A stretch of 64,000 nucleotides of DNA from Rotaria socialis (lineage: Eukaryota), in contig CAJNYD010000051.1 in the NCBI GenBank assembly GCA_905331295.1, positions 1-64,000 on the forward strand, written 5' to 3'. The position numbers were made by a program, and so were the translations under genes. A model generated the notes under the pieces. That model was not told the origin of the DNA and made no database searches. It saw only the letters and a program-made list of their open reading frames with translations. Position 1 is the stretch's first letter. Every line of letters starts with the position of its first letter. Of this stretch, positions 23,560 through 35,929 are shown one piece after another.

Positions 23560-24520
23560 TGATGCTGTGACACGGAAGAATATCATCCGACATTAACTAT
23601 GATTTAATCTATGACCATCTTACATCTGTCATTGTACCAATTCAAATAGTACTTGGAATTGTAACAAATTTATTTAATGTACTTGTTCTTTCAAGGCAGA
23701 TCTTGCTACAAAAGATCACCATGCACCCACTATTTTCTTGCAATAGCTGTGACGTTTATCTTGGTGCTGCTGATTGGACCAGGATTTCAACTTACGGACA
23801 AATACCACTTGTTTTCTCCGTATAATACTCTAACTGACTGCAAGTTATTACTCTATCTTCTTATATTAGTGGCATTCTATATAAGTATGCTTCTAATATT
23901 TGTTACGTGTGATCGTTATTGCAACTCATCGGTATTGATTGGTTTTCGCCGTTGGAGTTCAGTCATTATCGCTCGTCGAGCTATACTTATCCTACACCAT
24001 TTTACTTCCTATCATCATGAGTCCAACACTATTCATTTAGTATATCAGCGATGATTATCGTGGCATTTGATTGTCGTACACTGATACTGCTGCAACGATT
24101 CTGACTATATCTCAAGCTATTATGGTAATTGTTGGTCTGCTTACAATTTTTAACATAAATAGTCAGAGAAATTGAGTTATGCCAATGTTTGACACAGTCA
24201 GTCAACAGCGTCATACTGAAGTTTAACTTGCCCGATTATTATTATGTCAAGTAGTGAATTATCTCATCTTTTCCTTGCCTACTGGTATTTCCTACACATT
24301 GACTGTGACCAATTCTAACATGCAAACGGTATTATTTGGCTTTATTATAAACATATGCTCGTTATGGAATCAATTTTTTCATGTCACAACCTTCTTATTA
24401 TTAATTCTCACGACAAATTTATATAGATGTGAATCGATACGTATAATGTATTTTCGTATCGATCGCCATCGTCGAAATCAAGCGCATACAAACACTATCA
24501 GCATGATTCCTGTTGGTTGA
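23560..24520 (+). pseudogene. Rhodopsin-like (class A) GPCR, frameshifted
   Basis: TM1 IQIVLGIVTNLFNVLV, SPCTHYFLAIA, TM3 CDRY, RRWSS..ARR, TM6/7-like segments in different frames (ORFs 23677-24054 and 24254-24520). Confidence 0.7.
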
Positions 24521-25405
24521 TATTTAGCAACTATACACTAACAAAAATGAAGAATCATGAAAAACAGTAATAACCTAATGGATGTTTCTTAATAAGAATA
24601 ACTTTATTATCGGCATGTAAAAAATGTTGTAATCGTTTAAGACATTATTGCTTTTTATCATATTTCATTTAATAAATAACACTTGAATGTCACTAATAGG
24701 CGCTTCCATTTTACTCATCTACATCAAATATCAACCAACTGAATAGTATTCAATAAGAAGAAGCTCTATCAATTGTTTCGTAGCTTCTGTTTAGATCTTC
24801 TTCAAATGATAGTTTTGTTGAGATAACAGAACTAACTATTTATTCTTAATTAACAGACTTCAACTGATGATCACCATTGTTTGTAACAATGAAAAAAAAC
24901 TTCTAACATCACTAAAAGCATCCTTAGATATGCACACTTGTATGAATCAAAATCGTATTTTCAAATAACGAGCTATTCTCTTACTGCACTTTACTGAATC
25001 TTCTGTTGTCTTTGCCAACTATAGCCTACTTAATGGTGATTGTATAAGCAGATATATCGAACCTCGCCGTATAGAGCTTGATATCCTCTATCTGTATACA
25101 CCGACACTCTCAAGATAGCAATCGCTCAATGTTTTCTCTCCCACTATTATAGAAAATAGTAAAGTGAAAGCGAATGGCAAATAAATCACTATTTCAACGT
25201 ATGGCATCCAACAAAAAGCTTCACATAAGTTTTAAACAGACTAAAGTTCGAGTTCGATCACGCACAAACGAGATGACTGCGTTTTTCATTAGTACAGAAC
25301 GATTAAATCAACGGCACGTATATAAGAACATTTGATTTTTGATTTTGTTTTGATTTTCTCTCTCTGTCTCTTCTCGAGGTCATTCCAACGAAATAATTTT
25401 TGAAA

Positions 25406-25786
25406 ATGGAAGCATTTTTTACATTGGTAATATTGATCACTATTAATTATGCATATTCAGCGACGCTCCCATCGGAGTCCAGCAGTGGCAATTCATCATT
25501 AAATGGTACAATTGTTGTAGCAATTGTCGTACCTACATTTGTTGGTGCCGTGGTTTTCATTTGGATGTATGCCTATTGTGTCGAAAAATGTAGTAAAAAC
25601 AGAAGAATGAATGTTTATCCTTTATCCACAAAAATTGCTCTAGCTGAACAAAATGAAATCCATGCACCCCCATCTTATAATGAAGTACCACCTTATGTTC
25701 AACCACCACCATATGAACCTCCACCACCGTATGCTATGTCAAGTAGTACATCAATGGAAGCAACTAACAATGTAGTTAATTCTTGA
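25406..25786 (+). CDS. Small single-pass membrane protein with cytoplasmic PPxY motifs
   Basis: Signal peptide, short Ser-rich ectodomain, one TM helix, then PPSY, PPPY and PPPPY motifs. Confidence 0.75.
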   Translation: MEAFFTLVILITINYAYSATLPSESSSGNSSLNGTIVVAIVVPTFVGAVVFIWMYAYCVEKCSKNRRMNVYPLSTKIALAEQNEIHAPPSYNEVPPYVQPPPYEPPPPYAMSSSTSMEATNNVVNS

Positions 25787-27279
25787 AGCATCATTTGATA
25801 CAATAGTTTTCTGTCATAAAATCAATCATAGCTGAATTATTATATGAAACGATAAGATAAAATGTGATTAGTATGATCAAGTATCAACATTGTTTTTTAT
25901 AATTACTATTGTGTAAATTTCTGAATAAATTAGTCCATTTTTATTTAAAACTGTTTTTCCATAAATATAATTTTCTATTCTAATGACTAAACCATCGCAC
26001 AACGCAATTACAGGAAATCGATATTTGTTATTTTTTATATTCAAGCATTGCTTGCGTCTTTTTGTCATAAAAAGTCAATTGATTTTGATAAAAAACACAA
26101 CCTGCAAATGTTACAATATTTAATATTTATTTGCTTGTTTTACAAATAAATTTATTGAATTTATTTTTTCGATTAAGCAAAACAATTAAATTAAATTATA
26201 ATATAACATTTAAACTTCACTAGAATGGCATAATAATAACAAATTTCTCAGGTAAGCATGACATTCTTAGTTGTGGCATAATGTTATAGAAATAACTCTA
26301 TTCATACTTTTCTGTTTTTTGCCTTCTTCTTCCTTCATATGTCGTTTCAAGTTCACCACTACACCAGTGCATAAACCAGAGTCACCTGTACGTGTAGATA
26401 TACGCTGTGTTTTAATAACGTACGATATTAGTTAATTTTATTCATTGAAGAATGTTACATTTCGATTGTGTCATGAATAAAAGTATTTTATGTTATCTTT
26501 TATGATTCTCAGTTAGGAGATAGCTAAAACTTGCCTTTTCCCAAGGTCAAATAAATGTTTGTCGTAAACAATTTCAGTAACAAGTGATCACGCACACTGC
26601 TGCTGATCATAAACAGTTTTGTAACCCTAGTGCGAGGAGACGTGTGATCCATTGATGATCAAAAACAATCCACCTGCCATTCTCAAATAAATATTTAAAA
26701 AAAAGAGGATAAATCAACATAGTACTTCAATAAAATACAAGATTTACATATATGTACATTTGCTTGTATTACTTATATGCTATGAGGCAGCAAATGCATC
26801 CATAGCAGTACAAGCGAAAAACGTAACAGAATAGAAAGTCTTTGGTGACGTGCTCTTTTTAAAAATATTTTGCACTTTTGGTTCTTAAAAAAAAGAGTTC
26901 CTTGCTAAAACTGGCAATAAGAATAATAAATGCTGTTTAGGGGTATGATTGTCTGAAAAAAAATACATTCAGTAAAACGTAATGGTGTGAACTTTAGGGT
27001 CTTAATGAGAATATGCATATGTCAATTCGAATATTCTTCATATACATAGCTTAAATATCTGGCGAGTTATGCTTAGGTGACAGCATCATCTATGTACTAT
27101 ATTAATACCATATTTACATAGGTGACTGTTGACGGCGACAGGTATTTTCTTCAATGACATTGACTCAGCAGAATATTTGCTCACGGGCGAAATATCGATA
27201 ACATAATTTTATGAGAACGAGAGTGATGTCATAATATCCTTACACCCGGTAACGACTTATTAGCACAAACACACTACAC

Positions 27280-27788
27280 TATCCACATTTGGTGTATCCA
27301 CTTTTTGGGTATTCACATTTGGGTATCCACATTTATATATATATATGTTTTGAAAAGCTGAGCAATTTGAGTTGTTTTGGTGTATACACTTTTTGGGTAT
27401 TCACATTTGGATATCCACATTTATACATATATACATAAATGTCGATACCCAAATGTGGATACCCAAAAGTGGATACACCAAAACAACTCAAATTGCTCAG
27501 CTTTTCAAAACACATATATATATATAAATGTGGATACCCAAATGTGGATACCCAAATGTGGATACCCAAAAGTGGATACACCAAAACAACTCAAATTGCT
27601 CAGCTTTTCAAAACACATATATATATATAAATGTGGATACCCAAATGTGGATACCCAAATGTGGATACCCAAAAGTGGATACACCAAAACAACTCAAATT
27701 GCTCAGCTTTTCAAAACACATATATATATATAAATGTGGATACCCANACTTTTGGGTATCCACTTTTGGGTATCCACATTTATATATA
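27280..27788. repeat. Tandem and inverted array of a 103-bp unit built from TGTGGATACCCAAA subrepeats and (TA)n
   Basis: Direct copies at 103-bp spacing (about 27440-27745), inverted copy at 27280-27420, palindromic end 27730-27788; one ambiguous base n at 27747. Confidence 0.85.
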
Positions 27789-30056
27789 TGTTGTGGTCAG
27801 AATTGAAATTCAGTCAAATTTTAAATTTGACCAGTCAAAATTGAAATTTTAATTTTGCCTAGGCAGAATTGAAACTTTAATTTTGACTGACATTCTATCA
27901 GTCAAAATTGTAATTTTATTTTTGACTAGACAAAATTACAATCTTGTGTTAATGAGTAGAAGAAGATAAAATGTTTTATCTTAATTGTTCTTTCTTTCTT
28001 TCATCTGTTGGCTATACTTATATATAGATACTTGCACACATAATATCATAATTATAAAAAATAATGGAGACGGGTGCAAGCACTGTTCAAGATAATAATG
28101 AGAAGAATTTTTATGAAAATGTAGATAAATATATTAATTCATTGAGTAAAAAATTTCGTGATAAAAGTGTTATTAAACAGCAAGTTTATAACGACATTTT
28201 GAAATGTTTGCTATTACCGAAAGGTACATCCAGTGATCCATATTCATCAGCATTTGTTTATTGGTCGAAACAGAAATTTCTCTTGATTAAAGTAGCTGGT
28301 ATTGATATTGTTGTTTGTGCAAAATTAAAAAAGCCAGTTTGTGTTTATGAAGCATTTTACAATGTTATAAATGAAGCACATACTAATGTTTCACATGGTG
28401 GTCGCGAGAAGACCAGTTCTGAGTTAAATTCTCAATATTCTTGGATTCCTCGGTTTTGTATTGAAATATTCTTGAAACAATGTATTCCATGTCAAACAAG
28501 GAAACCAATTAAACAACATGTCGCATCAAAACCAATTATTTCATTAGGTGTAATGACACGTCTTCAAATCGATCTCATCGATATGAGAACACGGCCTGAT
28601 AAAATATCATCTGATCTTGTTTACTGTTGGATTTTAAATTGTATCGATCATTTTAGTAAATTTTCGTGGGCATTTCCATTGAAAACCAAATCTGCTGATG
28701 AAGTTGCTACTAGATTACGTGAATTATTTTTTGTATTTGGACCGCCACGATTACTTCATAGTGATAATGGTCGTGAATTTGTATCAAGTGTTATTACGGA
28801 ATTAAAAGTTCTTTTTCGAGATTTATGTTTTATTCGCGGTAGGCCGAGGCATCCACAAAGCCAAGGATGCATCGAACGTGCAAATGGAGTTTTGTGTGAT
28901 GCTCTCGGCAAATGGATGTGTACTAACAATTCATCCAATTGGTCTTATGGTTTATTACCTGTGGTCTATGGTTTAAATACTCGAAAGTCTACTGTCACCA
29001 AAGCAACACCTTATGAAGTAATGTTCGGGCAGCAACCTCGTTCTGATTCGGATTTTTGGAAGTTAGTACATCAAAGTGGTATCGATGATGAAGAGGATTT
29101 GCCAACTCCTATCGATGAATTAAATGATGATTTAATTGAAGATAGAGATGATAATCCAATTAATTTAGATGAAGTAGTCGATACTGATATTGTTGATCTT
29201 GTTCGTCAATTATCTGATAATGTTTCTTCAATTTCATTAATTAATGCACCAGCAGCATCTTCAACTAAAACAACAACATCAACAAAACATTCCACGATTC
29301 GTAAAGCTGCTACAGATCATTATTTAGCAACTGCTAATAAAAAAATGAAATTACATCAAGATAGCATTAAACTCGTTGCAAATAATTTTGATTTGAATGA
29401 TTGCGTTGGTATTGAAATTCATTCAGCTGATCGAACAAATACGGATCCAAAGTACTTGCCTTGTATTATTAGTGAAAAATTTGAAAAAAATAATATCTTC
29501 TTATTTAAATTAATTTGTCAATATGGAATTTTGGATCATACATTTGAAGCTGGACAATTTGTGAATTTGAAAGAAGCCTGCCCCAATGAATTAAAAAATT
29601 TAGATATTAGTAATCTTAAACCAATCACCATTATTGCAGCTACAAAACTATATTCTCGTGGTTCGACAACTGGACAGACTTGCAATTGTCGAGGCAAATG
29701 CGCAACGAAAATATGCCCATGCAAAAGAGAAAATGTTTTTTGCTCTACAAAATGCCATTCAAAGAGGGGTGGCTGTTCAAACATGGATTAAATTATTCTA
29801 GAACTTCTATGATATTAGTTAAAAACTACTGTGAAATAAGAGAAATTGTTGATACTTTAATTGTACGCGTCTTTCTTTTTTTCTTCTACTCATTAACACA
29901 AAATTGTAATTTTGTCTAGTCAAAAATAAAATTACAATTTTGACTGATAGAATGTCAGTCAAAATTAAAGTTTCAATTCTGCCTAGGCAAAATTAAAATT
30001 TCAATTTTGACTGGTCAAATTTTAAATTTGACTGAATTTCAATTCTGACCACAACA
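27789..30056 (+). mobile_element. Ginger-type (integrase-encoding) DNA transposon, apparently intact
   Basis: TGT...ACA termini, about 175-bp near-perfect TIRs (27789-27964 / 29881-30056), 4-bp TSD TATA. Confidence 0.92.
28064..29791 (+). CDS. Ginger transposase/integrase (H2C2 Zn finger, rve DDE, C-terminal Cys-rich domain)
   Basis: H..H..CIPC, QIDLID, HSDNGREF, PRHPQSQGCIERAN, C-terminal CNCRGKCATKICPCKRENVFCSTKCH; 575-aa open frame. Confidence 0.92.
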   Translation: METGASTVQDNNEKNFYENVDKYINSLSKKFRDKSVIKQQVYNDILKCLLLPKGTSSDPYSSAFVYWSKQKFLLIKVAGIDIVVCAKLKKPVCVYEAFYNVINEAHTNVSHGGREKTSSELNSQYSWIPRFCIEIFLKQCIPCQTRKPIKQHVASKPIISLGVMTRLQIDLIDMRTRPDKISSDLVYCWILNCIDHFSKFSWAFPLKTKSADEVATRLRELFFVFGPPRLLHSDNGREFVSSVITELKVLFRDLCFIRGRPRHPQSQGCIERANGVLCDALGKWMCTNNSSNWSYGLLPVVYGLNTRKSTVTKATPYEVMFGQQPRSDSDFWKLVHQSGIDDEEDLPTPIDELNDDLIEDRDDNPINLDEVVDTDIVDLVRQLSDNVSSISLINAPAASSTKTTTSTKHSTIRKAATDHYLATANKKMKLHQDSIKLVANNFDLNDCVGIEIHSADRTNTDPKYLPCIISEKFEKNNIFLFKLICQYGILDHTFEAGQFVNLKEACPNELKNLDISNLKPITIIAATKLYSRGSTTGQTCNCRGKCATKICPCKRENVFCSTKCHSKRGGCSNMD

Positions 30057-33000
30057 TATATTCATTCTGGTAACATGAAGAAAATCGTTCATTTTTCAGA
30101 GAATTTTTGTTTAGATCATTCTATTTTAATGTTTTTGTTTCAAAATATCTTTAATAATTTTAAGACAGTTCAATCCAACGTGAAAAAATTTTGATTTGAT
30201 TCGAACAAGACTTGATATATTTACAAAAAGAAATTTATACAGCACTGTTCTAATAATATTACCACAATTAGAAAATGATCGATAACGATTTTAGAATATA
30301 ATCGAACTGAAGTGATATTATCTGTATCATAAATAAACATGTTACTTTTTGATAACGAGTCAATTTTTATCGGATAGAATAGTGAAACTAGCTTTTGGAT
30401 GATTTTAAGAAAATAAAAACAAACAGTGAGACAGAGCCTTCAGATTCATTTGAAATCGATTTCTTTATATCTAACTAGCTTGTTCTTTTTCAATAACAAG
30501 AAAGAAAATCTGGTTATAATTATTTCTAATGTGCTTTTATATGCAGCGAAAAGAAAACAGAAGTATTTTGTGAATCTATTCATTTACTTTCTTTATAATG
30601 AAATTTTAAATAGCATCCATTTTACTTTGCATTGGTATATGACGATAGGCAATTACAAATAGTGTTGTTCGAAAATTGTTTTTCATGAAACTTTATTTTT
30701 TCTCAACAAAAACAAATTAACACCGAAGTACAAGTATAAAATAGGGAAATCAAGAGAAGACTTGGTGAAATAAGTTTTTGAACCAAATAGTCAGACTATA
30801 GAATAATTATTTTCCAAAAAGCATTCATAGAAATGAATTGAAATGAAGTTAGCAACCTTTTTTCTCGTAACCATAAGATAAGAAAAAAAGCGACTTTGAT
30901 TCTTTCATAAGATGATACAGTTTTCTTCAGCTATCACAATTAGCAGTACAATTGTATTTCACATTAAGATACTGTTACTGATTACTAACATAACTATTTT
31001 CTTATATTGACTCGATCAAATGGAAATAGTTTAGTTTGTTGATGGTGAAATCAGCTTTAAACATATAATTATTCTTAGACTGTCTATAGTTTGATGAATA
31101 TTTTCAATAAATGATTGAATTATTGATGAGATACATTAATGTTACCTTTGAGAAATGATATTTTAAAATGAATATCTCGCAAAAAAAATGCAGATCAAAT
31201 ATATGAAAAAGCTTTTCAAAGATGATTTCTAATTTTAGCCATTGATATTTAACATAAGCCAATCAATAATTATCAGAGAAAGACACAGAACAATTAGTTC
31301 GACAACAGAAATTAAGTGTTTTCTCAGTTGCTTTTATTTTTATATAATTAGGATGGATGAAACGCATACATTCAATTATGACCATTAATCGTAGAAAATT
31401 GCTGAATATTTTATAATTTTTCTACGTCTATTCAAACAATAGGAAAACACGGTGAGATATAATTTTTTTCTAGATAGCTCTGTTACTAAGAATTTAAAAT
31501 GAGGTTCGCGAGATCAGATAGTTCATTTATATGTGGAAGGTATAAAAATTTTCATATATCGTATATGCTACTTCATATAGTTGAGAGAAAAAAAACATTC
31601 AAATAAAGACATGAATAATATACGTATATAGTGTCGTTTGATAACTCGTAAAAGTGCGACTATTCAACTCAATCTATCATCTATAGTATAGACAATATCA
31701 AATCTGATGTAAATCTTCTAAACTGAATTATGCTCTTCTTGCTATGAATACAGTTACTGACAAAAACTGAGTGTTTAGCAACAATGCTCAATTTATAAAA
31801 TATCGAAAACAAGCAAGCAGACTAGTATGCTTATAAGTTACTTCAACCCAATACACCATCTAAGACAACCAACAACTGAATTCATGTGAAAGCAAGCTTC
31901 ATACTCATGTGAAAATTTCGGCGAAAAAGCTAGCTTAGATCTGTTAAAAGTTTTACTTAATAAGCGTACATTTTAAGCAATTAAAAGTACTTAAAATTGA
32001 ATATTTCAGCCAAGATTTCACCACTAAAAAATTGCTTGAACCTAAGCATCAAAACCAAAAATTATTAAATTTCCATCGATATATTATCATACTTTTTTTT
32101 TACTCATTTCATTGGCTTTTTGACAGTACTTATTATTAGATTATTTTTCGATTTCAATAATCAGATCGCATTCGAGAGATTTTCCCCTACTATTTTTTTT
32201 CTCTTAATTTTTATGTTGGATTTTTTCCAATTGAAGTGTCTTTCCAAAACAAAATTCCAATAAAATCTTGCGAAATATTCAATGGGCACAATACTTCAAT
32301 GCAATATCTTTTTCGTAAAGCCGTTTGCGCTTCATTTGACCGTCAAATTTTCTTTGAATCAAAATAATTTTCGGTGGTATTTATTCAAGCAGATCTTATT
32401 GTGAAAAACTACCTTATACTAAAAAAACTCACCGACGAAGACTTCGAGAAATTACCATTGAGCGCTTTCTGAAAGGAAACACACAGTGAAAGTGTGCTAG
32501 AAATAGTTATCAGTTACCGTATGACAATTAATATAAATCTAATGAGATGCGGATGAAGATAACTAACTTTTTTTCTTAATTTTTCAAAGCGAAGAAACAG
32601 TAAAAGTAGATACACTGAACTGTTTTAAAATTCAATATCGAGACAAAGCAAATCAATAAAAGGGCCCAATGGCTGACTCAGTGAAAATTATATGTAAGAA
32701 TGAGAAGTGAAAATGAATTACAGTGCCTTGTATAGACGTTATTTTAACTTTATTGCTTGTGATATCGTAGGCTATTACATTATAAAAACTTTTGAGGATA
32801 AAAGTGGATCATGTTCCTCTAAGAAAATGATGTCATCAAAATTTTTCATCCTCAAGGTTCTAATATAAAATCTTTCTGTTATATGAATGAGAAAATATCT
32901 CCATTTAATTTTATTCCGTTGATTCATATACTTTATCTATCTTTAGATACGACATAAAGATAATTCATGAGATAATGTAGTGAATTTTATATTGATTCTC

Positions 33001-33895
33001 GATACTAAAGGACACAAAAATAGTTAACTCCTTGAAGATAATGAGTCATTAAAGTTCATACATAAGAAAAATTGGAATCGTTTTTGTAAGGAATAGTTGA
33101 TCAGTGTGCTGATCAGTACTTCAATAAAAGAGAAACCTGAGTAGTACTTTTAAGCGCAATATATAAAGAATAAGCAGTCAAAAGTGCTGTAATCAAGAAA
33201 GCGACTTGAAATAGCTAAATATGAACAATTTTAAGCGATTTAAGGTTCTTTATATCACCGGAAGTCAATAAAAGTCGCTTAAAAAAAGCTTACAATGGGA
33301 AAACATTTCTCATGTGTGATCATTCAATCATGAGACATTTTCTCCACGAATAAAATTATCTTCTAGGTGTTCATGTTTCCATGAGATACTTTGATACTTC
33401 CTTACTGTTAACGCTGCCCTCGAAAAACTCTGTCACAAACTCTCTAAAGTATGCTTCGAGAAAATTGGCACAAACGAGAGACAAAGACTTTTGCACCCTA
33501 CTGTAGCTCATCTCAAGGGAGCAAAAGAAAAGAATTCTTCCTTACACTAGATTACCTTCTCATAAGTCGCACTGCTAGTCAAAATGAAGTAAAATTCAAT
33601 CTTGATCCAAGAATTCCCTGGCCTCCTTTCAAATCCTTCTCTTGTATCATTCTTAGAATTTTACATTGGAAGAGTTCTCTCCAATGTTCTCATGTTTCCT
33701 GTCGAACCAAAAAAAACTTAAGAATCTTCTTGAATCCATCCAAGACAAACAAGCAACTAGATCGACAAGGGTATTCTGAATCTACATCAAATTGAGCAAA
33801 GCTTTTTCTTGAGAGTTCTTTTTACATTTTCCATGTCGATATTTCTAATACTACCAAGTGACCGAGATGATGAAGATTTCCATGATTTCTTATAG

Positions 33896-34818
33896 TTATA
33901 CCCACTATTCCTGCGAATGTCAAATGGACACAGAATGGAGTGACTGTTGCTGGGGGCAACGGGGAAGGCAATGCCATCCATCAACTCTAAGGCCCTGAAG
34001 GTCTCTGCCTTGCTGATGATCAAGCAGTGGCCATTGCTGACTACTACAATCATCGTATCATGCAATGGAAGAAAGGTGATACGACGAATGGACAAGTCGT
34101 TGCGGGTGGTAAAGGTCAAGGAAGTCAATTAGATGAATTGGATTACCCAACTGATGTATTGATTGACAAAGAGGCGGATAGTCTCCTTATTTGCGATTAC
34201 AGAAATCGACGAGTTGTAAGATGGTCTCGTCGTAGTGACACAACACAAGGAGAAATCATCATCGACAACATCGATTGTAGAGGATTAGCTATGGACGATC
34301 AGAGATATCTCTACGTCTCTGACACCAAAAAACATGAAGTAAGACGATATCAGTTGGGAGACAAGAATGGCACTCTCGTGGCTGGTGGCAATGGCAAAGG
34401 TAATGATCTTAATCAACTCAACAATCCGGGTTATCTCTTTGTCGATCGACAACAGAATGTCTACGTGTCAGACCACTGGAATCATCGTGTAATGAAATGG
34501 AATAAAGATGCAAAAGAAGGCATTGTCGTCGCTGGGGGTCAAGACGCAGGGAATGCTCTGAGACAATTGTATTATCCTCAAGGACTCTTCGTCGATACGT
34601 TGGGTACACTCTATGTGGCAGACTCGGCAAATCATCGTGTAATGCGTTGGACTCAAGGAGGTAAACAAGGCACTGTAATTATGGGTAGAAATGGTGAAGG
34701 TCGAGGAGCAGGAGCAAATCAGTTCAATATCCCCACTGGTTTGTCTTTCGATCAATATGGGAATCTCTATGTCACCGATAAAGATAATCATCGTGTGCAA
34801 CGATTTTCTCTCCAATAG
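33896..34818 (+). pseudogene. NHL-repeat beta-propeller protein, last exon with an in-frame stop
   Basis: Repeated VAGGNG.G....QL..P.GL.VD...LYV.D..NHRV units. The frame extends upstream to IPANVKWTQNGVTVAGG with TAA at 33988-33990; no intact upstream exon seen. Confidence 0.8.
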
Positions 34819-35375
34819 ACTCTCGCGTGCATTGTGATGTTTTTTCTTCTCTTTCTCTTTCTATGAATTGTCTCGACACGAGACATTCACATTCTTCCTA
34901 TTGAAAGAAAACTCAAAAGATAGTCTTTGATGTTCCTCTCTTTCGATTGATAATGAAACAAACAAAAAAACAATTCATTTTTTCAAAATATGTGATAAAT
35001 TGAGTTTTGCAGAATCCAACACCTCTACAAAAATAAAATCACCTCGACGAAATCAAAAGAGTATTCTCAGTTTGAATACATACCCTTCTGTTACATATAG
35101 CACTTATAAATAAAATGTCTAATTCTAATTCGAATATAAATGAAGCTTCAGCTGCACAAGATCACTTCGAAAATTACAAAAAAGGCACTCAGGTACCCAC
35201 ACCGCCAAAGGCAAAGTTTAAATTTTATCCTAATGATATTTGGTATAATTTGAATTTAGAGTTCCCTGTAAGTGAGACAAAAAAGCAAACCGCTAAGCAA
35301 ATTGTTTGGAGTACATGACAGTTTGATGTAAATGTACGGAAGTGCTCGGAGAATGACTGAGGTTGTAGGGAACAT

Positions 35376-35433
35376 GGTGTGGGTGTGGGTGTGGTGTCAA
35401 TGAGAAAGAGATAGACACCACACACCCACACCC
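35376..35433. repeat. Inverted pair of telomere-type (TGTGGG) repeats
   Basis: GGTGTGGGTGTGGGTGTGGTGTC...GACACCACACACCCACACCC; a similar, more degenerate pair at 35849-35921. Confidence 0.7.
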
Positions 35434-35929
35434 TTCTGTGGTTTCTGTGATTTCTATTGATTTCTATTGACTTCAATTTGATTTCTGTGCTTGAAATCAC
35501 TTTGTTCCCCCTTGAGGTCATTTTAATTAGATGGTATTCAAGTTTCGCTCGAATACGAATGCTCTGTGAAGCATACCTACCGAATTTTCGAAAATCTTGA
35601 GAATAAGATAAAAAAATCCACCATTTCAAAATTCGTAACTGAGAAAACTCTATTCTTCCTTATCAACATAATTATCGAGAACGATTTCGATTGAAGATTT
35701 AATTATCTTCATGATTCACTGTCTTAGATCAGATGTGAATAAATAGACTATTGGCTAAGATTACTTTATGACGTTATTTTAATTATCTCGATACTTTCAT
35801 ATCTAGTTTGAACGGATTTTCTATCATTTACGGTTCTCTAGATCATTGCGGGTGTGGGCATGGGTGGGTAAAGAGAAGACTAATAGCCATAGTCATACCC
35901 ACCCACCCCACCCATCCCACACTGCACAC

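Noticed and set aside
24865..24905. CTGATGA...GAAA motif
   Set aside because: The stem is not adjacent to the core and there is no stem I or III; likely chance.
27333..27852. Overlapping repetitive ORFs and a CRISPR-like look
   Set aside because: Units are near-identical tandem copies without unique spacers; eukaryotic context, no cas genes.
30060..33450. Long AT-rich stretch
   Set aside because: No supportable gene or RNA; only faint traces of an old MITE near 31900-33316.
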